38,533 bases of DNA from a virus (IMGVR_UViG_2721755643_000003:1-38533); one strand, 5' to 3'; shown: positions 27,797 through 37,042, counted from the first letter of the stretch. Notes: a model not told the origin generated them from the sequence alone. Program-made: numbers and translations.

Positions 27797-30285
27797 GATC
27801 TTACCTCCGCTGACGACTCCTGTGTGATGACGATGCGGCGGGTTGTGGCGCTCCAGTACGCGATACGCCCGTCGCCCGGGCGAACGCGGGCACCGTTACT
27901 CACGGAAATAATGGCTGCGTCAGGCAGCTGCACACCCAGCGCGTCGAGTTCGCGGGTGATTTGTGCGATGGTCGTGGTGTCGACAGGCACGACAACCTCC
28001 ACCCTGACAGGGGTGTCTGATGCTGGTCTGGTGTTATTTTGTCCGGTATCCGTGGCGGGCGGCTGATTTTTAAGCTGTCTGATGAGCTGTTTCCGCTCGT
28101 AATGGCTCAATCCCTGCAACCATTGTGTCAGGCCATTTTCCGGAAGTGTCAGACGTTTCTCCTGCTGCCTGTTTTCTGTGCCGGTTCCGGCTGTTTTTTC
28201 GTCGCCGGGACAGTTATTGCCACGAGTCCAAGGGGCGGCAGGGCCGCCCTGAAGGTCAAAACCATTTTCGTGGGTGCTGTCTTCCGCTTCCGGTTTACGT
28301 CTTACCAGCTTCCAGTTATCCGGGTGCGTGCACACACGGGAGGATTCCCCGATGAGTGGCGACCAGATCCCGTAAATCTGTACGCTCTGTTCGCCGTAAT
28401 CGTTCAGCTCATCTGCGAGGTCGTAGGCGGTGCGAATCAGGTAGTCTTTGCGTGGAACAAGTACGCCGCCCTGTTTCTCTATGTAGGTGGCAAAACATCC
28501 GGCATCAGCGGCAGCAAGAACCGCATCCATTGCGTCATCCTTCAGCCGTTGCGGACCTTCCGGGTTGCGTGCCATCTGGCTGGCAAGGCGGCGCAGTTCA
28601 CGCCATACCTGACGGGAGGGGATGCCAAAGAACTGGAACTGGCGGACCCGGTGAAGGCGCGCCCAGCCGATGGCGCGTTCCACGCTTTCTGCCATCGTCT
28701 TTCCTGATTCGTCGTCGATGCGCGGTTTGCCTGTTTTCGGGTCAATGCCATCCACGGAGTGGCTGTCCAGGTTCTTTCCGATGTAGGTGGCGATGTAGCT
28801 GGTCGGCGTACCTTTCGAACCGTCGACGTACTCCGCCTTAAAGCGCGGAGTTATGTCATCGCCCAGCTCGTGGCGGTCTTCACGAATGGCAATATCGCGG
28901 GCGATGGTCACGATGCTGTCGATTTCTTCAGGATGTGCAAAGACCATCATATGCCAGTGCACGGTGCCGTCATGGTGAGGCTCCACCGTGCGGATGCCAT
29001 ACCAGCGCAGGCCCTTGCGGTCCAGTCTGTTACGAACGGCTTTAAAAAAAGTGTTAACCAGATAATCACTGGAATCGCGCATGGTAGCCCCGTTCCATTT
29101 GGGGTTCGGATGACCGTTCTCCGTTGTTGCGTGGTATTTTGACGGGCAGGTGACAGTCAGAAACACCGCTTTGTCGCCACGGGATTCGGCTATAAGTTCC
29201 GCCCCTTTCATGGTGGCCATCATTTCTGCCTTACGGTGAACCGGGTTACTTACTCCCGCGTAATACACTGTCTCGAGATCAATCGTGAACCCGTCTTCGT
29301 TTTCCAGCATGAAACTTTTCAGGAAATCGCGTGTTTTCTCGCGCTGTGCGCGAAACTCGCTCAACGCGTCCTGGCTCAGATAGGGCGATGTTTTTCTGGA
29401 AACCAGACAGGCGGCGCGGAGTTGTTCTTCCCGCCACTCGCAACGTAACAGCCACAGTTTGCGTTTCCACCATTCCGCACAGGTCAGGCGAAGGATTGCG
29501 CCCGGCAGCAGCTCCGTGTCCGGTTCGTTCTTCCGGTCTTTGTCTGTTGTCAGTGCGTCATAATGTGGAGGCATGGTGTGCAGATGTAGCGCCATGCGTG
29601 CCAGCATCTGATATGCCTTCAGCGCCACCTCCATGGTCAGCTCGCCATCTCTGGCGCCAAAGCCATCGCAGAGTGTCTCGAAGGTGCTGCTGAACATTGC
29701 CGCCGTCATGGTGGCCAGCGTCTGTATCTGGTGTTTGTTGAGCTGCGGCAGGTACAGCAAATCGTCCAGGCGTTCACGTCCGGCAAGGGAGCAATAACCC
29801 GGTGTCAGCCAGCGTCCGTCAGTGCGTTTCAGACGTTTGAATATTTTGCGCAGGGTTCTGCGCGCGTAGCCCTCTGCTGGTCGACTCTTTTTGCCTTTCT
29901 GGCGGTCAGATTCCTGCTTCTTACGCAAAAAAGAGAGGCGGCGGCTCAGTGGTTCACGCAGATAAACAGGTAGTGCCTTTAATGTGGCAAAGGCACGGGC
30001 CACCGGGTCTTGCTTTATTTCCTGGCGTTTACTGATGATGTTTTTTATCAGTCTTTCGCGTTGCCCGGCTTCCTCAAGGGATGCCATGAGTTTTTTACCT
30101 GTATCGGATTGTGCGAAAAAGGCTTCCTCCTTCGCTTCCTGTTCTTCCCGGGCCTTTTTGTCCGCCTCAAAGTAGTAACGGATGACGTGTTGCAGTCCGG
30201 TTTTTGGCAACCGGCTGAAGTTCGCGAAGTCATCCGGATTAATAGCTGGCTGCGGTTCATTCCAGCTCCATGCAAACTCACTCAT
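27793..30285 (-). CDS. Replication initiation endonuclease (P2 gpA-like rolling-circle initiator)
   Basis: About 830 aa from MSEFAWSW (ATGA overlap with the upstream gene); HUH motif in GTVHWHMMVFAH and paired catalytic tyrosines in PTSYIATYIGKN. Confidence 0.85.
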   Translation of the reverse strand: MSEFAWSWNEPQPAINPDDFANFSRLPKTGLQHVIRYYFEADKKAREEQEAKEEAFFAQSDTGKKLMASLEEAGQRERLIKNIISKRQEIKQDPVARAFATLKALPVYLREPLSRRLSFLRKKQESDRQKGKKSRPAEGYARRTLRKIFKRLKRTDGRWLTPGYCSLAGRERLDDLLYLPQLNKHQIQTLATMTAAMFSSTFETLCDGFGARDGELTMEVALKAYQMLARMALHLHTMPPHYDALTTDKDRKNEPDTELLPGAILRLTCAEWWKRKLWLLRCEWREEQLRAACLVSRKTSPYLSQDALSEFRAQREKTRDFLKSFMLENEDGFTIDLETVYYAGVSNPVHRKAEMMATMKGAELIAESRGDKAVFLTVTCPSKYHATTENGHPNPKWNGATMRDSSDYLVNTFFKAVRNRLDRKGLRWYGIRTVEPHHDGTVHWHMMVFAHPEEIDSIVTIARDIAIREDRHELGDDITPRFKAEYVDGSKGTPTSYIATYIGKNLDSHSVDGIDPKTGKPRIDDESGKTMAESVERAIGWARLHRVRQFQFFGIPSRQVWRELRRLASQMARNPEGPQRLKDDAMDAVLAAADAGCFATYIEKQGGVLVPRKDYLIRTAYDLADELNDYGEQSVQIYGIWSPLIGESSRVCTHPDNWKLVRRKPEAEDSTHENGFDLQGGPAAPWTRGNNCPGDEKTAGTGTENRQQEKRLTLPENGLTQWLQGLSHYERKQLIRQLKNQPPATDTGQNNTRPASDTPVRVEVVVPVDTTTIAQITRELDALGVQLPDAAIISVSNGARVRPGDGRIAYWSATTRRIVITQESSAEVRS

Positions 30286-30671
30286 GGCTGGTATCCCGTT
30301 ACGCGTTGCCACTCCTGCGAGAAGAGGGCAGAAAGGCGGTTAAACTCAGTGGTGTATTCACTCAGGGAAGCGCAGCCGCCAGCAGTGCGATGCGTCAGCA
30401 TCGCTGCAAATAAGGAGACCGGGGAGTTGTAATACGCCAGCAGGGAGTTGCCGTGTGGCGTCAGGGTGTACAGGGCCAGACCGTGTGGTGTGAAGTCCAC
30501 GCGGTAGCAGTCGTCCACGATGAAATAAAGGGGGCCTGCGTTCTCCGGTTTTGTGGTGCGTGCCTGGCTGGCACGGGCACGGAGATAGAAATCAAGCATT
30601 GCCTGAAGTTTTGGAGCCAGACGGGTGTCCTGTGTGCGCACCCATTTTACGAAGTCATGACGGTCAATCAT
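30282..30671 (-). CDS. Hypothetical early protein
   Basis: 129-aa ORF translationally coupled to gene A; no family recognised. Confidence 0.35.
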   Translation of the reverse strand: MIDRHDFVKWVRTQDTRLAPKLQAMLDFYLRARASQARTTKPENAGPLYFIVDDCYRVDFTPHGLALYTLTPHGNSLLAYYNSPVSLFAAMLTHRTAGGCASLSEYTTEFNRLSALFSQEWQRVTGYQP

Positions 30672-30743
30672 GCTGCACCTCGCTTTGTTAAAGATGTGCG
30701 AAGGCCTCCCGCCGCAAAGTGCAGGAGAGACCTGGTACCGTAA

Positions 30744-30974
30744 TTAATGGAGTTTGTTTTGCTGCTGGATGAGCTGCTGAAGCCCGCGCAGATCATCCGC
30801 CAGATAGCTGAAAACAGCGGCGGAATAGGTGTTTGACAGTGCGTGACTGCGCTCATGCAGCATATTGATGTGCATGATATGCGCGACGCGGAAGGCGCGG
30901 AAAAGTCTGCGGTTGATTTCAGTCTGGATGTGACGACGCGCAGCGTATGCGCGCTGTTGTTTGCGGTTTGCCAT
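30744..30974 (-). CDS. Hypothetical small basic protein
   Basis: 76-aa ORF with Arg-rich N-terminus; lies downstream of a 320-nt non-coding spacer. Confidence 0.3.
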   Translation of the reverse strand: MANRKQQRAYAARRHIQTEINRRLFRAFRVAHIMHINMLHERSHALSNTYSAAVFSYLADDLRGLQQLIQQQNKLH

Positions 30975-31294
30975 GGTGTGGCCTCTACGTGTGTAAGTTT
31001 TGAAAACTCACCATCCAGAGGTCTCAAACTCGGGGTGGTGAGACGTACAGGGTTGAGACTACCGGCAAACGCAGAACCCGGCCCGACCGAAGTCGGCCCT
31101 GTACGCCCCACCATAATTCTGATGCGAAAAAGGTGTGACGATACGGTACGCACAAAAAAACCGCTGGCGCGGTTGTGCGCTACGTTTGTCAGCGGGGTCT
31201 CAATCCCGGCACCCGTTTTATGAGGTGCAGCAGAAATGTAACCTGACTGATTGCGGCATGGCAAGCGGTTTTTTTGTGTGTGCATGATGATCAC

Positions 31295-31849
31295 TCAGTT
31301 CGGCAGCAGTTCGTACAACAGGGCGTCGGCGGCGGTCCGGCGGTTGTAGAGGTGAAACGCCGTATCATCGCTGATGTGCATTTGCATCGTGATGTTGATG
31401 TGTTTCGCGATCATGCAGAACGTCATGTTGCGTCTGTCGCGTAGCTCCGTAACCAGCTCAGTCAGACGATCGCTGTATCTGGCACAATGGTGGCTCTCGC
31501 CGCATTTCTTAAGGCTGTAACCCCGTTTATGCAGTGTGTACCTCACGGTGCACTCGCTGCGTCCCACCTTCCGGGCCAGTTCCCGTGCGGTTTTTGCGTG
31601 ACGGTTTTTGGTGAGAAAGGCGATGGCTTCTGCACTCAGCGGTGCTTTTCTCTTGCGACCAATCAACCCGCGATTACGTAAAAAAAGAATCCGGTGCATC
31701 ACTGCGCTGCGGGTTCGCTGAAGTCGTTCAGCCATTTGCCATGTGCTGTGATCCTGATAAAGCGAGATAAGCAGTTCGTCTTCCTGTTGTGTCCAGGCAC
31801 TGACGTGCTTCGGTGCTTTACCTGGTCCCCCCATTGGTTTCAGAAACAT
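31295..31849 (-). CDS. Hypothetical DNA-binding-like protein
   Basis: 184 aa; WTQQEDELLISLYQD resembles a Myb/SANT-like helix; basic; function unknown. Confidence 0.35.
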   Translation of the reverse strand: MFLKPMGGPGKAPKHVSAWTQQEDELLISLYQDHSTWQMAERLQRTRSAVMHRILFLRNRGLIGRKRKAPLSAEAIAFLTKNRHAKTARELARKVGRSECTVRYTLHKRGYSLKKCGESHHCARYSDRLTELVTELRDRRNMTFCMIAKHINITMQMHISDDTAFHLYNRRTAADALLYELLPN

Positions 31850-32151
31850 GATTTGGCCTCCTTACGGCTTTCTGGTGTGGAGATGATCAGATTCAGTTTC
31901 AGGGCGGTGGCGTGTTCCTCTTTTGCCCCCGGCGAGTCCTCCCAGCCATCCAGCAGGTAAATCACATCGGCACAGTGCAGCATGGCGCTCCCGATAAGCA
32001 TGTAGTCCCTGTATCTCAGCCCGTCAGGGAGTGTTGCGGGGTTGAGTACGGTATGACCCTGCATCCTCAGGCGGGTCGCCGTCATGGTGAAGGCGGTGCG
32101 GTTGAAATCAGGCTTCCCCGTCATGGGGCCAGCGATATAGATAACGGCCAT
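31840..32151 (-). CDS. DUF4406-like protein (nucleoside deoxyribosyltransferase-like fold, putative)
   Basis: 103 aa beginning MAVIYIAGPMTG with ...DVIYLLDGWEDSPGA, matching my recollection of the DUF4406 pattern; directly downstream of the Dam gene. Confidence 0.5.
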   Translation of the reverse strand: MAVIYIAGPMTGKPDFNRTAFTMTATRLRMQGHTVLNPATLPDGLRYRDYMLIGSAMLHCADVIYLLDGWEDSPGAKEEHATALKLNLIISTPESRKEAKSCF

Positions 32152-33110
32152 TACATGATCTCCGTGGTGGGGTGTGGAGCGGGAATGTGAGACAGCCAGC
32201 CCGCATTGACATCCCGGATCCGGACCTCACGGGCTGGCGGATAAACACCAATCACCTCTTTTGCCTGCTGGCGTGCACTGCTGCTGGCAGCCACAGCGCG
32301 GCGAACGCTCAGGGTGTGCAGCTCAAACGAGGAATAGATCTGCCGGGTTTCGGAGGTGTCACTGTTGGAGACCACCGGGTGGATACCGTAACGCTGCCAG
32401 GCGTTCATCATGAGCGCCGCAAGGTCACGGTGGTCTTTGCGGGTAAATGCCCGGCCGTTGTAGTGAGTGAACGCCTCTTTACCGTCCGGTGGCAGGTAGG
32501 GCGGATCGCAGTAAATGGCGATATCGCCGTGCACCGAAGAAAAACGGCGGATCTCAGCCGGCATTGTGAAGGCTGTACGGAAATCCGCGTGAATAAAGCG
32601 GGTCCGGGTCTCGTTGGCTTTATCAGCAAACAGGCGCATTTCCTGGCAGGGGAAATAAGGCATGCGGTGTTTGCCGAATGGCACATTGAATTCGCCTTTT
32701 TGGTTGGTGCGGTACAGGCCGTTAAAGCAATGGCGGTTCAGGTACAGAAACAGCGCTGCCCATTCCAGGGATTCGCCGCGTAATCTGTCGGTGGCCAGCG
32801 CGATGGTGTTAAATGCCCCGCGATGGCGTTTGTAGGCTTCCGGTGTGCCGCCATCCTTAAAGAGCGACCATGCACGATCCATTAATTCCGTGGTGTTGGT
32901 CGTCAGTTGCTGGTAGAAATTAATCAGCGCGGGGTTGCTGTCACACAATACGTAATAGTCATAATCCGTGTTCATGAAGACCGAGCCGCCGCCCACGAAG
33001 GGTTCGATCAGGCAGGCGGCTTTGGGTAAATATTCGCGCAGCTGCGGCATGATACTGAATTTGCCGCCCGCCCATTTGAGCGGTGAGCGCTGGTTCAGAA
33101 TACCTTTCAT
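32151..33110 (-). CDS. DNA adenine methyltransferase (Dam-like N6-adenine MTase)
   Basis: 319 aa; N-terminal PLKWAGGK and EPFVGGGSVF (SAM-binding motif I) plus catalytic DPPY (IYCDPPYLP). Confidence 0.85.
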   Translation of the reverse strand: MKGILNQRSPLKWAGGKFSIMPQLREYLPKAACLIEPFVGGGSVFMNTDYDYYVLCDSNPALINFYQQLTTNTTELMDRAWSLFKDGGTPEAYKRHRGAFNTIALATDRLRGESLEWAALFLYLNRHCFNGLYRTNQKGEFNVPFGKHRMPYFPCQEMRLFADKANETRTRFIHADFRTAFTMPAEIRRFSSVHGDIAIYCDPPYLPPDGKEAFTHYNGRAFTRKDHRDLAALMMNAWQRYGIHPVVSNSDTSETRQIYSSFELHTLSVRRAVAASSSARQQAKEVIGVYPPAREVRIRDVNAGWLSHIPAPHPTTEIM

Positions 33111-33346
33111 GCGTCACTCTCCGGTTTTTTCCCGCGTGTGAATGGGGTGGGTTCGAGCGTGATTTCGCGCCGGATATTGCGCACGCGTAACTGCGAGCCG
33201 TCGTTCAGGCAGATCACGCGTTCATCATCCGGGCCGGTGATGTTGTCCAGCAGCGAACGGTCAGGGTTGATGTGGCGTTCCCTGATGCGGTAATGGTCGC
33301 CGGTGACAGTGCTCTCGCACAGAATGCAGATAATGGCGGGTTTCAT
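33107..33346 (-). CDS. Hypothetical small protein with CxxC motif
   Basis: 79-aa ORF (CILCES) with ATGA coupling to the Dam gene. Confidence 0.3.
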   Translation of the reverse strand: MKPAIICILCESTVTGDHYRIRERHINPDRSLLDNITGPDDERVICLNDGSQLRVRNIRREITLEPTPFTRGKKPESDA

Positions 33347-33873
33347 GCGTCAGCCCTCCACTGCGACAACATCACGATGTGGGTGAAGGTGTACCGCCAG
33401 TAGGTTTCGTTTTTGGGGTTTTCTATGTGGCAGGTGTCCCGCATGAATGCAAAGAGTTCGTCGCGGGGATGGTTTTCAGGGTTAAAGCCGTCCCTGACGG
33501 CCACTTCATCGGTTATCTGGCGGCCCTGTATTACACCGATATCGGCAATGAAGGCCACGGCGAACGGCACGGTTTCGCCGTTCTTGTTTTCTGTGACCAG
33601 ATGAATGTTGTCATACTGCCGGTAGGGCTGTCTTTTCAGGAGTCCGGCAAAGTCTGATGCGCGGGTAAATGTGGTTCCCTCCTCAAAAACCAGGGTACCG
33701 CCGGCGCTGTAATCGGGAAGAACGATGTTGCGGGTCAGGGTGTCTTCATGAAAATATTCTGCTGACTCCTGGCCCGCCTGGTAGCAATCAAACCCCGTCG
33801 GGCGAAGGGATGTGGTCTTGCGTCCGTTGCGGAATGCGTCAATAAAGCAGGGCTTAAATTTCATCTGTAACAT
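33343..33873 (-). CDS. Hypothetical protein (possible ASCH/PUA-like fold)
   Basis: 176 aa; N-terminal FKPCFIDAFRNGRKTTSLR loosely resembles the ASCH GxKxxTxR region; weak assignment. Confidence 0.3.
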   Translation of the reverse strand: MLQMKFKPCFIDAFRNGRKTTSLRPTGFDCYQAGQESAEYFHEDTLTRNIVLPDYSAGGTLVFEEGTTFTRASDFAGLLKRQPYRQYDNIHLVTENKNGETVPFAVAFIADIGVIQGRQITDEVAVRDGFNPENHPRDELFAFMRDTCHIENPKNETYWRYTFTHIVMLSQWRADA

Positions 33874-33937
33874 CGTCTTATCCTCTTCACGTATTCGTTA
33901 TGGTTAAGCAGTACCCATGTCCGGCCTTCGTCCAGAC

Positions 33938-34114
33938 TTAACAGCCGGTAACGGTACATGACGTTGATGACGCGGGCGGTACCCGCTCCAGCCGTCGCAC
34001 GTGTGACCGGTCCCCCTTCAGCAGGCGACGGTATGCCGCCCTTGCTGCCCGCTCCGGCTTTCCCCCTGGCTTCATCCGGTTTTTGCGGTGTCGCGCAGGG
34101 ATAATCAGCTTCAT
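33938..34114 (-). CDS. Hypothetical small basic protein (58 aa)
   Basis: Own translation MKLIIPARHRKNRMKPGGKPERAARAAYRRLLKGDRSHVRRLERVPPASSTSCTVTGC; ATG overlaps the TGA of the upstream gene (ATGA); below the ORF-track threshold. Confidence 0.3.
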   Translation of the reverse strand: MKLIIPARHRKNRMKPGGKPERAARAAYRRLLKGDRSHVRRLERVPPASSTSCTVTGC

Positions 34115-34533
34115 TTGTCGGGGGTTATTTCCAGGTTTCTGGTCTTTACCCAGCGGTCTTCCTCGAAGGGGGAATCGAAACGGACGAAAACCCGGTCAAT
34201 GGCGGGGCTACTGGTGCGGGTGTCAACGACCGTTCCGCGTTGCTGCGGACTGTTTTTCAGACATACGCGGGTCCCTTTGATGAATGTGGTGTGGCAGGTG
34301 TGTTCAGCACTTTCCTTTGCCGGGTCAGCTGCTGTCTGAAGGGTGGCAAGCTGATTTCTCAGACAGGTGTTTTCCTGTACCACCTGTTCAATTGCGTCTG
34401 CGGCGATAAGGTGAGGCTCCACTGACAGCACCATCATCGGGTTGTCAGTGTCAGCCATCATTGCGGCGTAGTTGCGTAAAAACATTGCGCCCGCAAGGGC
34501 TTTATCTTTGAGGGTGAGTGTCGGATTAATCAT
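34111..34533 (-). CDS. Hypothetical early protein
   Basis: 140-aa ORF in the early operon; no family recognised. Confidence 0.35.
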   Translation of the reverse strand: MINPTLTLKDKALAGAMFLRNYAAMMADTDNPMMVLSVEPHLIAADAIEQVVQENTCLRNQLATLQTAADPAKESAEHTCHTTFIKGTRVCLKNSPQQRGTVVDTRTSSPAIDRVFVRFDSPFEEDRWVKTRNLEITPDK

Positions 34534-34629
34534 TTTTATTTCCCTTATTCAGATTGTGCGAATCCCGCCGCGTGAGCGGTGTATTAACGAAACCGGTTAA
34601 TTAACTAAAGAGGCGGCGTGCTTTACGCT

Positions 34630-34815
34630 CTACGTCTTCTTTGTGCTGAATGAATGCGTTGTATGCATCCCGTTTTTTTTCTGGCGACGTCTGTCGCGTA
34701 TTTCCCGCCATGTATCAATAAGTGTCAGTATGCAGATGGCAAAAAACATTGCGGCTGCAATCAGTGTGATAACAAATAACGACTCCGGTACACTGAATGA
34801 ATAACTGAAATTCAT
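34630..34815 (-). CDS. Small membrane protein (single TM helix)
   Basis: 61 aa with hydrophobic segment LFVITLIAAAMFFAICILTLI followed by RDRRRQKK. Confidence 0.3.
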   Translation of the reverse strand: MNFSYSFSVPESLFVITLIAAAMFFAICILTLIDTWREIRDRRRQKKNGMHTTHSFSTKKT

Positions 34816-34820
34816 CGTGA

Positions 34821-35063
34821 TTACTCCGTAATTATTGCGGGTTCGGGAACCATGCCATCCGTTAATTGTTTCGCCATCCGGTTAAGTTCTTTAAGGTCCT
34901 CGCTGGCTCCCGTATCTTTTGAACAAAACAGGGTGTTGCGGACGCTGAATATTCCGCACTTCATTACTTCGAAGTGTGTTTTTCTGGCGCGGGGATTAAT
35001 TTCGTTATCGAAGTAATATCCCTGCAGAAATTCGTTTACCTGTTCTGCTGTGTGTTTTCTCAT
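34821..35063 (-). CDS. Hypothetical early protein
   Basis: 80-aa ORF in the early operon. Confidence 0.35.
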   Translation of the reverse strand: MRKHTAEQVNEFLQGYYFDNEINPRARKTHFEVMKCGIFSVRNTLFCSKDTGASEDLKELNRMAKQLTDGMVPEPAIITE

Positions 35064-35104
35064 AACGGAGTCCTCGTTAAAAATAACCGGTGATAAACCC
35101 GCTG

Positions 35105-35455
35105 TTATAACTCAGCCTGTTTAATAAAATTTTCTCCGTAAAGAAGGCGATCAACTGTGCGTAGCGCTTCGTACAACGTGAAATCCTGCCCGAACTGATT
35201 GTCGCCGCAGCTCAGAGCAAAAATGCGGTTTCCGGTAAACGGATTGCGCGGGTATTTGTGGACCACTATTCCAGCTTTCTCAATCATCCAGGTATGCTCG
35301 CCAATTTGTTTTACTGTATGGCCATCTGGTGTTGCGTGCGTCTCGTTCAGGTTATAGCGACTGTTACTACGTGATGCACTGGTAGCGACGTGGTGTACAT
35401 GGCGTTCTACGCCATTACGAAATTTGGAGTATGGATTATTAGTGTTTTTTTTCAT
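35105..35455 (-). CDS. Hypothetical early protein
   Basis: 116-aa ORF in the early operon. Confidence 0.35.
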   Translation of the reverse strand: MKKNTNNPYSKFRNGVERHVHHVATSASRSNSRYNLNETHATPDGHTVKQIGEHTWMIEKAGIVVHKYPRNPFTGNRIFALSCGDNQFGQDFTLYEALRTVDRLLYGENFIKQAEL

Positions 35456-35476
35456 GATGATGCTCTGTTCATTGTT

Positions 35477-35680
35477 TTAGCTGTTAGCCAAAGCGTCTTT
35501 TAACATCGCCACAAGGTTTACTTCAGGCTTTTCCATTTTGGCGCGTTTGGGGCGGATAATAATTCGACCGTCAGCCAACATCTTTTTGCATGTATTAAGA
35601 GGGATACCTGTTATCTCTGCATATTTCTGCAGGGATACATAGGGGGCATTCACATTGATATTGATGGTTATACCTGACAT
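35477..35680 (-). CDS. Cox-like HTH excisionase/regulator (putative)
   Basis: 67 aa; YVSLQKYAEITGIPLNTCKKMLADGRIIIRP resembles P2 Cox YQEFAKLIGKSTGAVRRMIDKGKLPVI; second gene of the early operon. Confidence 0.5.
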   Translation of the reverse strand: MSGITININVNAPYVSLQKYAEITGIPLNTCKKMLADGRIIIRPKRAKMEKPEVNLVAMLKDALANS

Positions 35681-35696
35681 CCCACTAACCTCCTGA

Positions 35697-35903
35697 TCAG
35701 GAAGATTTGTTTTGTTCTTTCTGGGTTAGCTCTAGGCCGCGAAGGAAGATCATGCGCGCCATGTTAGAGGATGAGCGTTGTTCTTTAGCTGCCATCTCAT
35801 CAATAAAGGCGCGCTCCTCCGCTGACAGTCGAAGTGCCAGTCTTTGACCTGTGGCGGTGTTACGCGGAATGCGTGACTTGGTGTCGTGACTAACTTGATT
35901 CAT
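35697..35903 (-). CDS. Ribbon-helix-helix-like DNA-binding protein, first early gene (Cro/Apl-like role, putative)
   Basis: 68 aa; RLALRLSAEERAFIDEMAAKEQRSSSNMARMIFLRGL fits an RHH pattern; divergent from the repressor gene. Confidence 0.45.
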   Translation of the reverse strand: MNQVSHDTKSRIPRNTATGQRLALRLSAEERAFIDEMAAKEQRSSSNMARMIFLRGLELTQKEQNKSS

Positions 35904-35970
35904 AGTGGTACATTGTGATCATCTAATGGTTCGTGAAATTACTTTAGGGAACAAAACTTCCTATGTCAAC
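35904..35970. promoter_or_regulatory. Lysis-lysogeny switch region (early promoter; repressor promoter nearby)
   Basis: 59-bp divergent intergenic region; on the - strand a perfect -35 TTGACA (overlapping the repressor start codon), 17-nt spacer, -10 TAAAGT; layout as in P2/186 face-to-face switches. Confidence 0.45.
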
Positions 35971-36376
35971 AGAAAAAGAGGAACTAAGCGTCATTATTGG
36001 CCGTCGATTACGGGAGGAGCGAGAGAAAATTGGCATGACCCAAGATGATATGGCGTCGATTTTTGAAGTTTCTACAAAGACTTGGGGGAAGTATGAAAGA
36101 GGGGTGACTACACCGGATGCAGTTATGTTGAATCTCTTGGGAGGGCGCTGCGGAGTAGATGTCTATTACATACTTTCTGGTAGTCGTGCACATGGCATCC
36201 CTAATGCTACTGAAGATGAGATTGAGCTAATTAAAATATATCGTTCTGCACCTTTGGCTGTTAAGGCGGCAGCTTTGGCAGCCTTGACTGCTGGTAGTTT
36301 GTCTCTAGGTACAATAAGAGCTTCTGGCAAAGGCCATCGTATTGCAGGTCGTGACTATAACGAAACGAAGGGTTAG
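35963..36376 (+). CDS. Prophage repressor (XRE/CI-family HTH)
   Basis: 137 aa; HTH in LREEREKIGMTQDDMASIFEVSTKTWGKYERG; divergent from the early operon and on the same strand as the integrase. Confidence 0.75.
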   Translation: MSTEKEELSVIIGRRLREEREKIGMTQDDMASIFEVSTKTWGKYERGVTTPDAVMLNLLGGRCGVDVYYILSGSRAHGIPNATEDEIELIKIYRSAPLAVKAAALAALTAGSLSLGTIRASGKGHRIAGRDYNETKG

Positions 36377-36394
36377 TGATAGTAGGGAGGTGAC

Positions 36395-37042
36395 ATGGCT
36401 GTCAACTCAAACGGTTCAGACAATCGCGTTTCTGGGCGTGATTACCACGAAAAGAACATTCGGATAGAGCGGTATGATGGTCGTCATACAGTCAACATTG
36501 CAATCCCTTCCTGTGGGGCTGATGAGCGCCCATTAGTCAAGGCTCAGCGCCATCAACTGAAGTTGTTGGTTGATAAGATTGTTGATGTCAGCAAGGAAGA
36601 ATCGTTTGTTGTCTGGCGTAAACTTCATGCTGAAATCGGTGTTGATAGCATCGATAAGATGACGGTGAATCAGTATCCAACCGCAATTAGCTTCCTCAAT
36701 GCGATGCTTGACCGACATAAAGAGCGCGACGCCTGCAAATCACTTGTAAGTCTCCTTCTTCGCAATAGTGAGAATAATGAAGCTAGACAAAAACTTCTTC
36801 GATATTGTCATATCAATTTTGGAACAGGGCGCTTAAATGATCTTACTCGCTCTCAGCTTCAGATGGCTCTTTCATGGTTAGATCAGCAAACAACAGACTG
36901 TGAAAATAATTTGCCCTCAGATAATTCTAAATTTGTCGATAAACAATCGCGATTAGTGTTTCAGCAAATAATTAAAACATATCCAAAAGAAATGGGGGTA
37001 TGTTTTGTTATTGGTGTTTTATTAGGCATGATTCTTTTCTGA
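36395..37042 (+). CDS. Repressor-linked membrane-anchored protein of unknown function (candidate lysogeny-expressed exclusion/defence gene)
   Basis: 215 aa, 18 nt downstream of the repressor on the same strand; C-terminal TM helix GVCFVIGVLLGMILF; 3' half AT-rich; N-terminus repeats the GRDY(N/H)E motif of the repressor C-terminus. Confidence 0.5.
   Translation: MAVNSNGSDNRVSGRDYHEKNIRIERYDGRHTVNIAIPSCGADERPLVKAQRHQLKLLVDKIVDVSKEESFVVWRKLHAEIGVDSIDKMTVNQYPTAISFLNAMLDRHKERDACKSLVSLLLRNSENNEARQKLLRYCHINFGTGRLNDLTRSQLQMALSWLDQQTTDCENNLPSDNSKFVDKQSRLVFQQIIKTYPKEMGVCFVIGVLLGMILF

Noticed and set aside
30668-31294. 208-aa - strand ORF spanning the early-operon spacer
   Set aside because: Low-complexity Ser/Thr/Ala-rich translation, overlaps the better-supported 76-aa gene in another frame and runs through the repeat/hairpin region; treated as non-coding.
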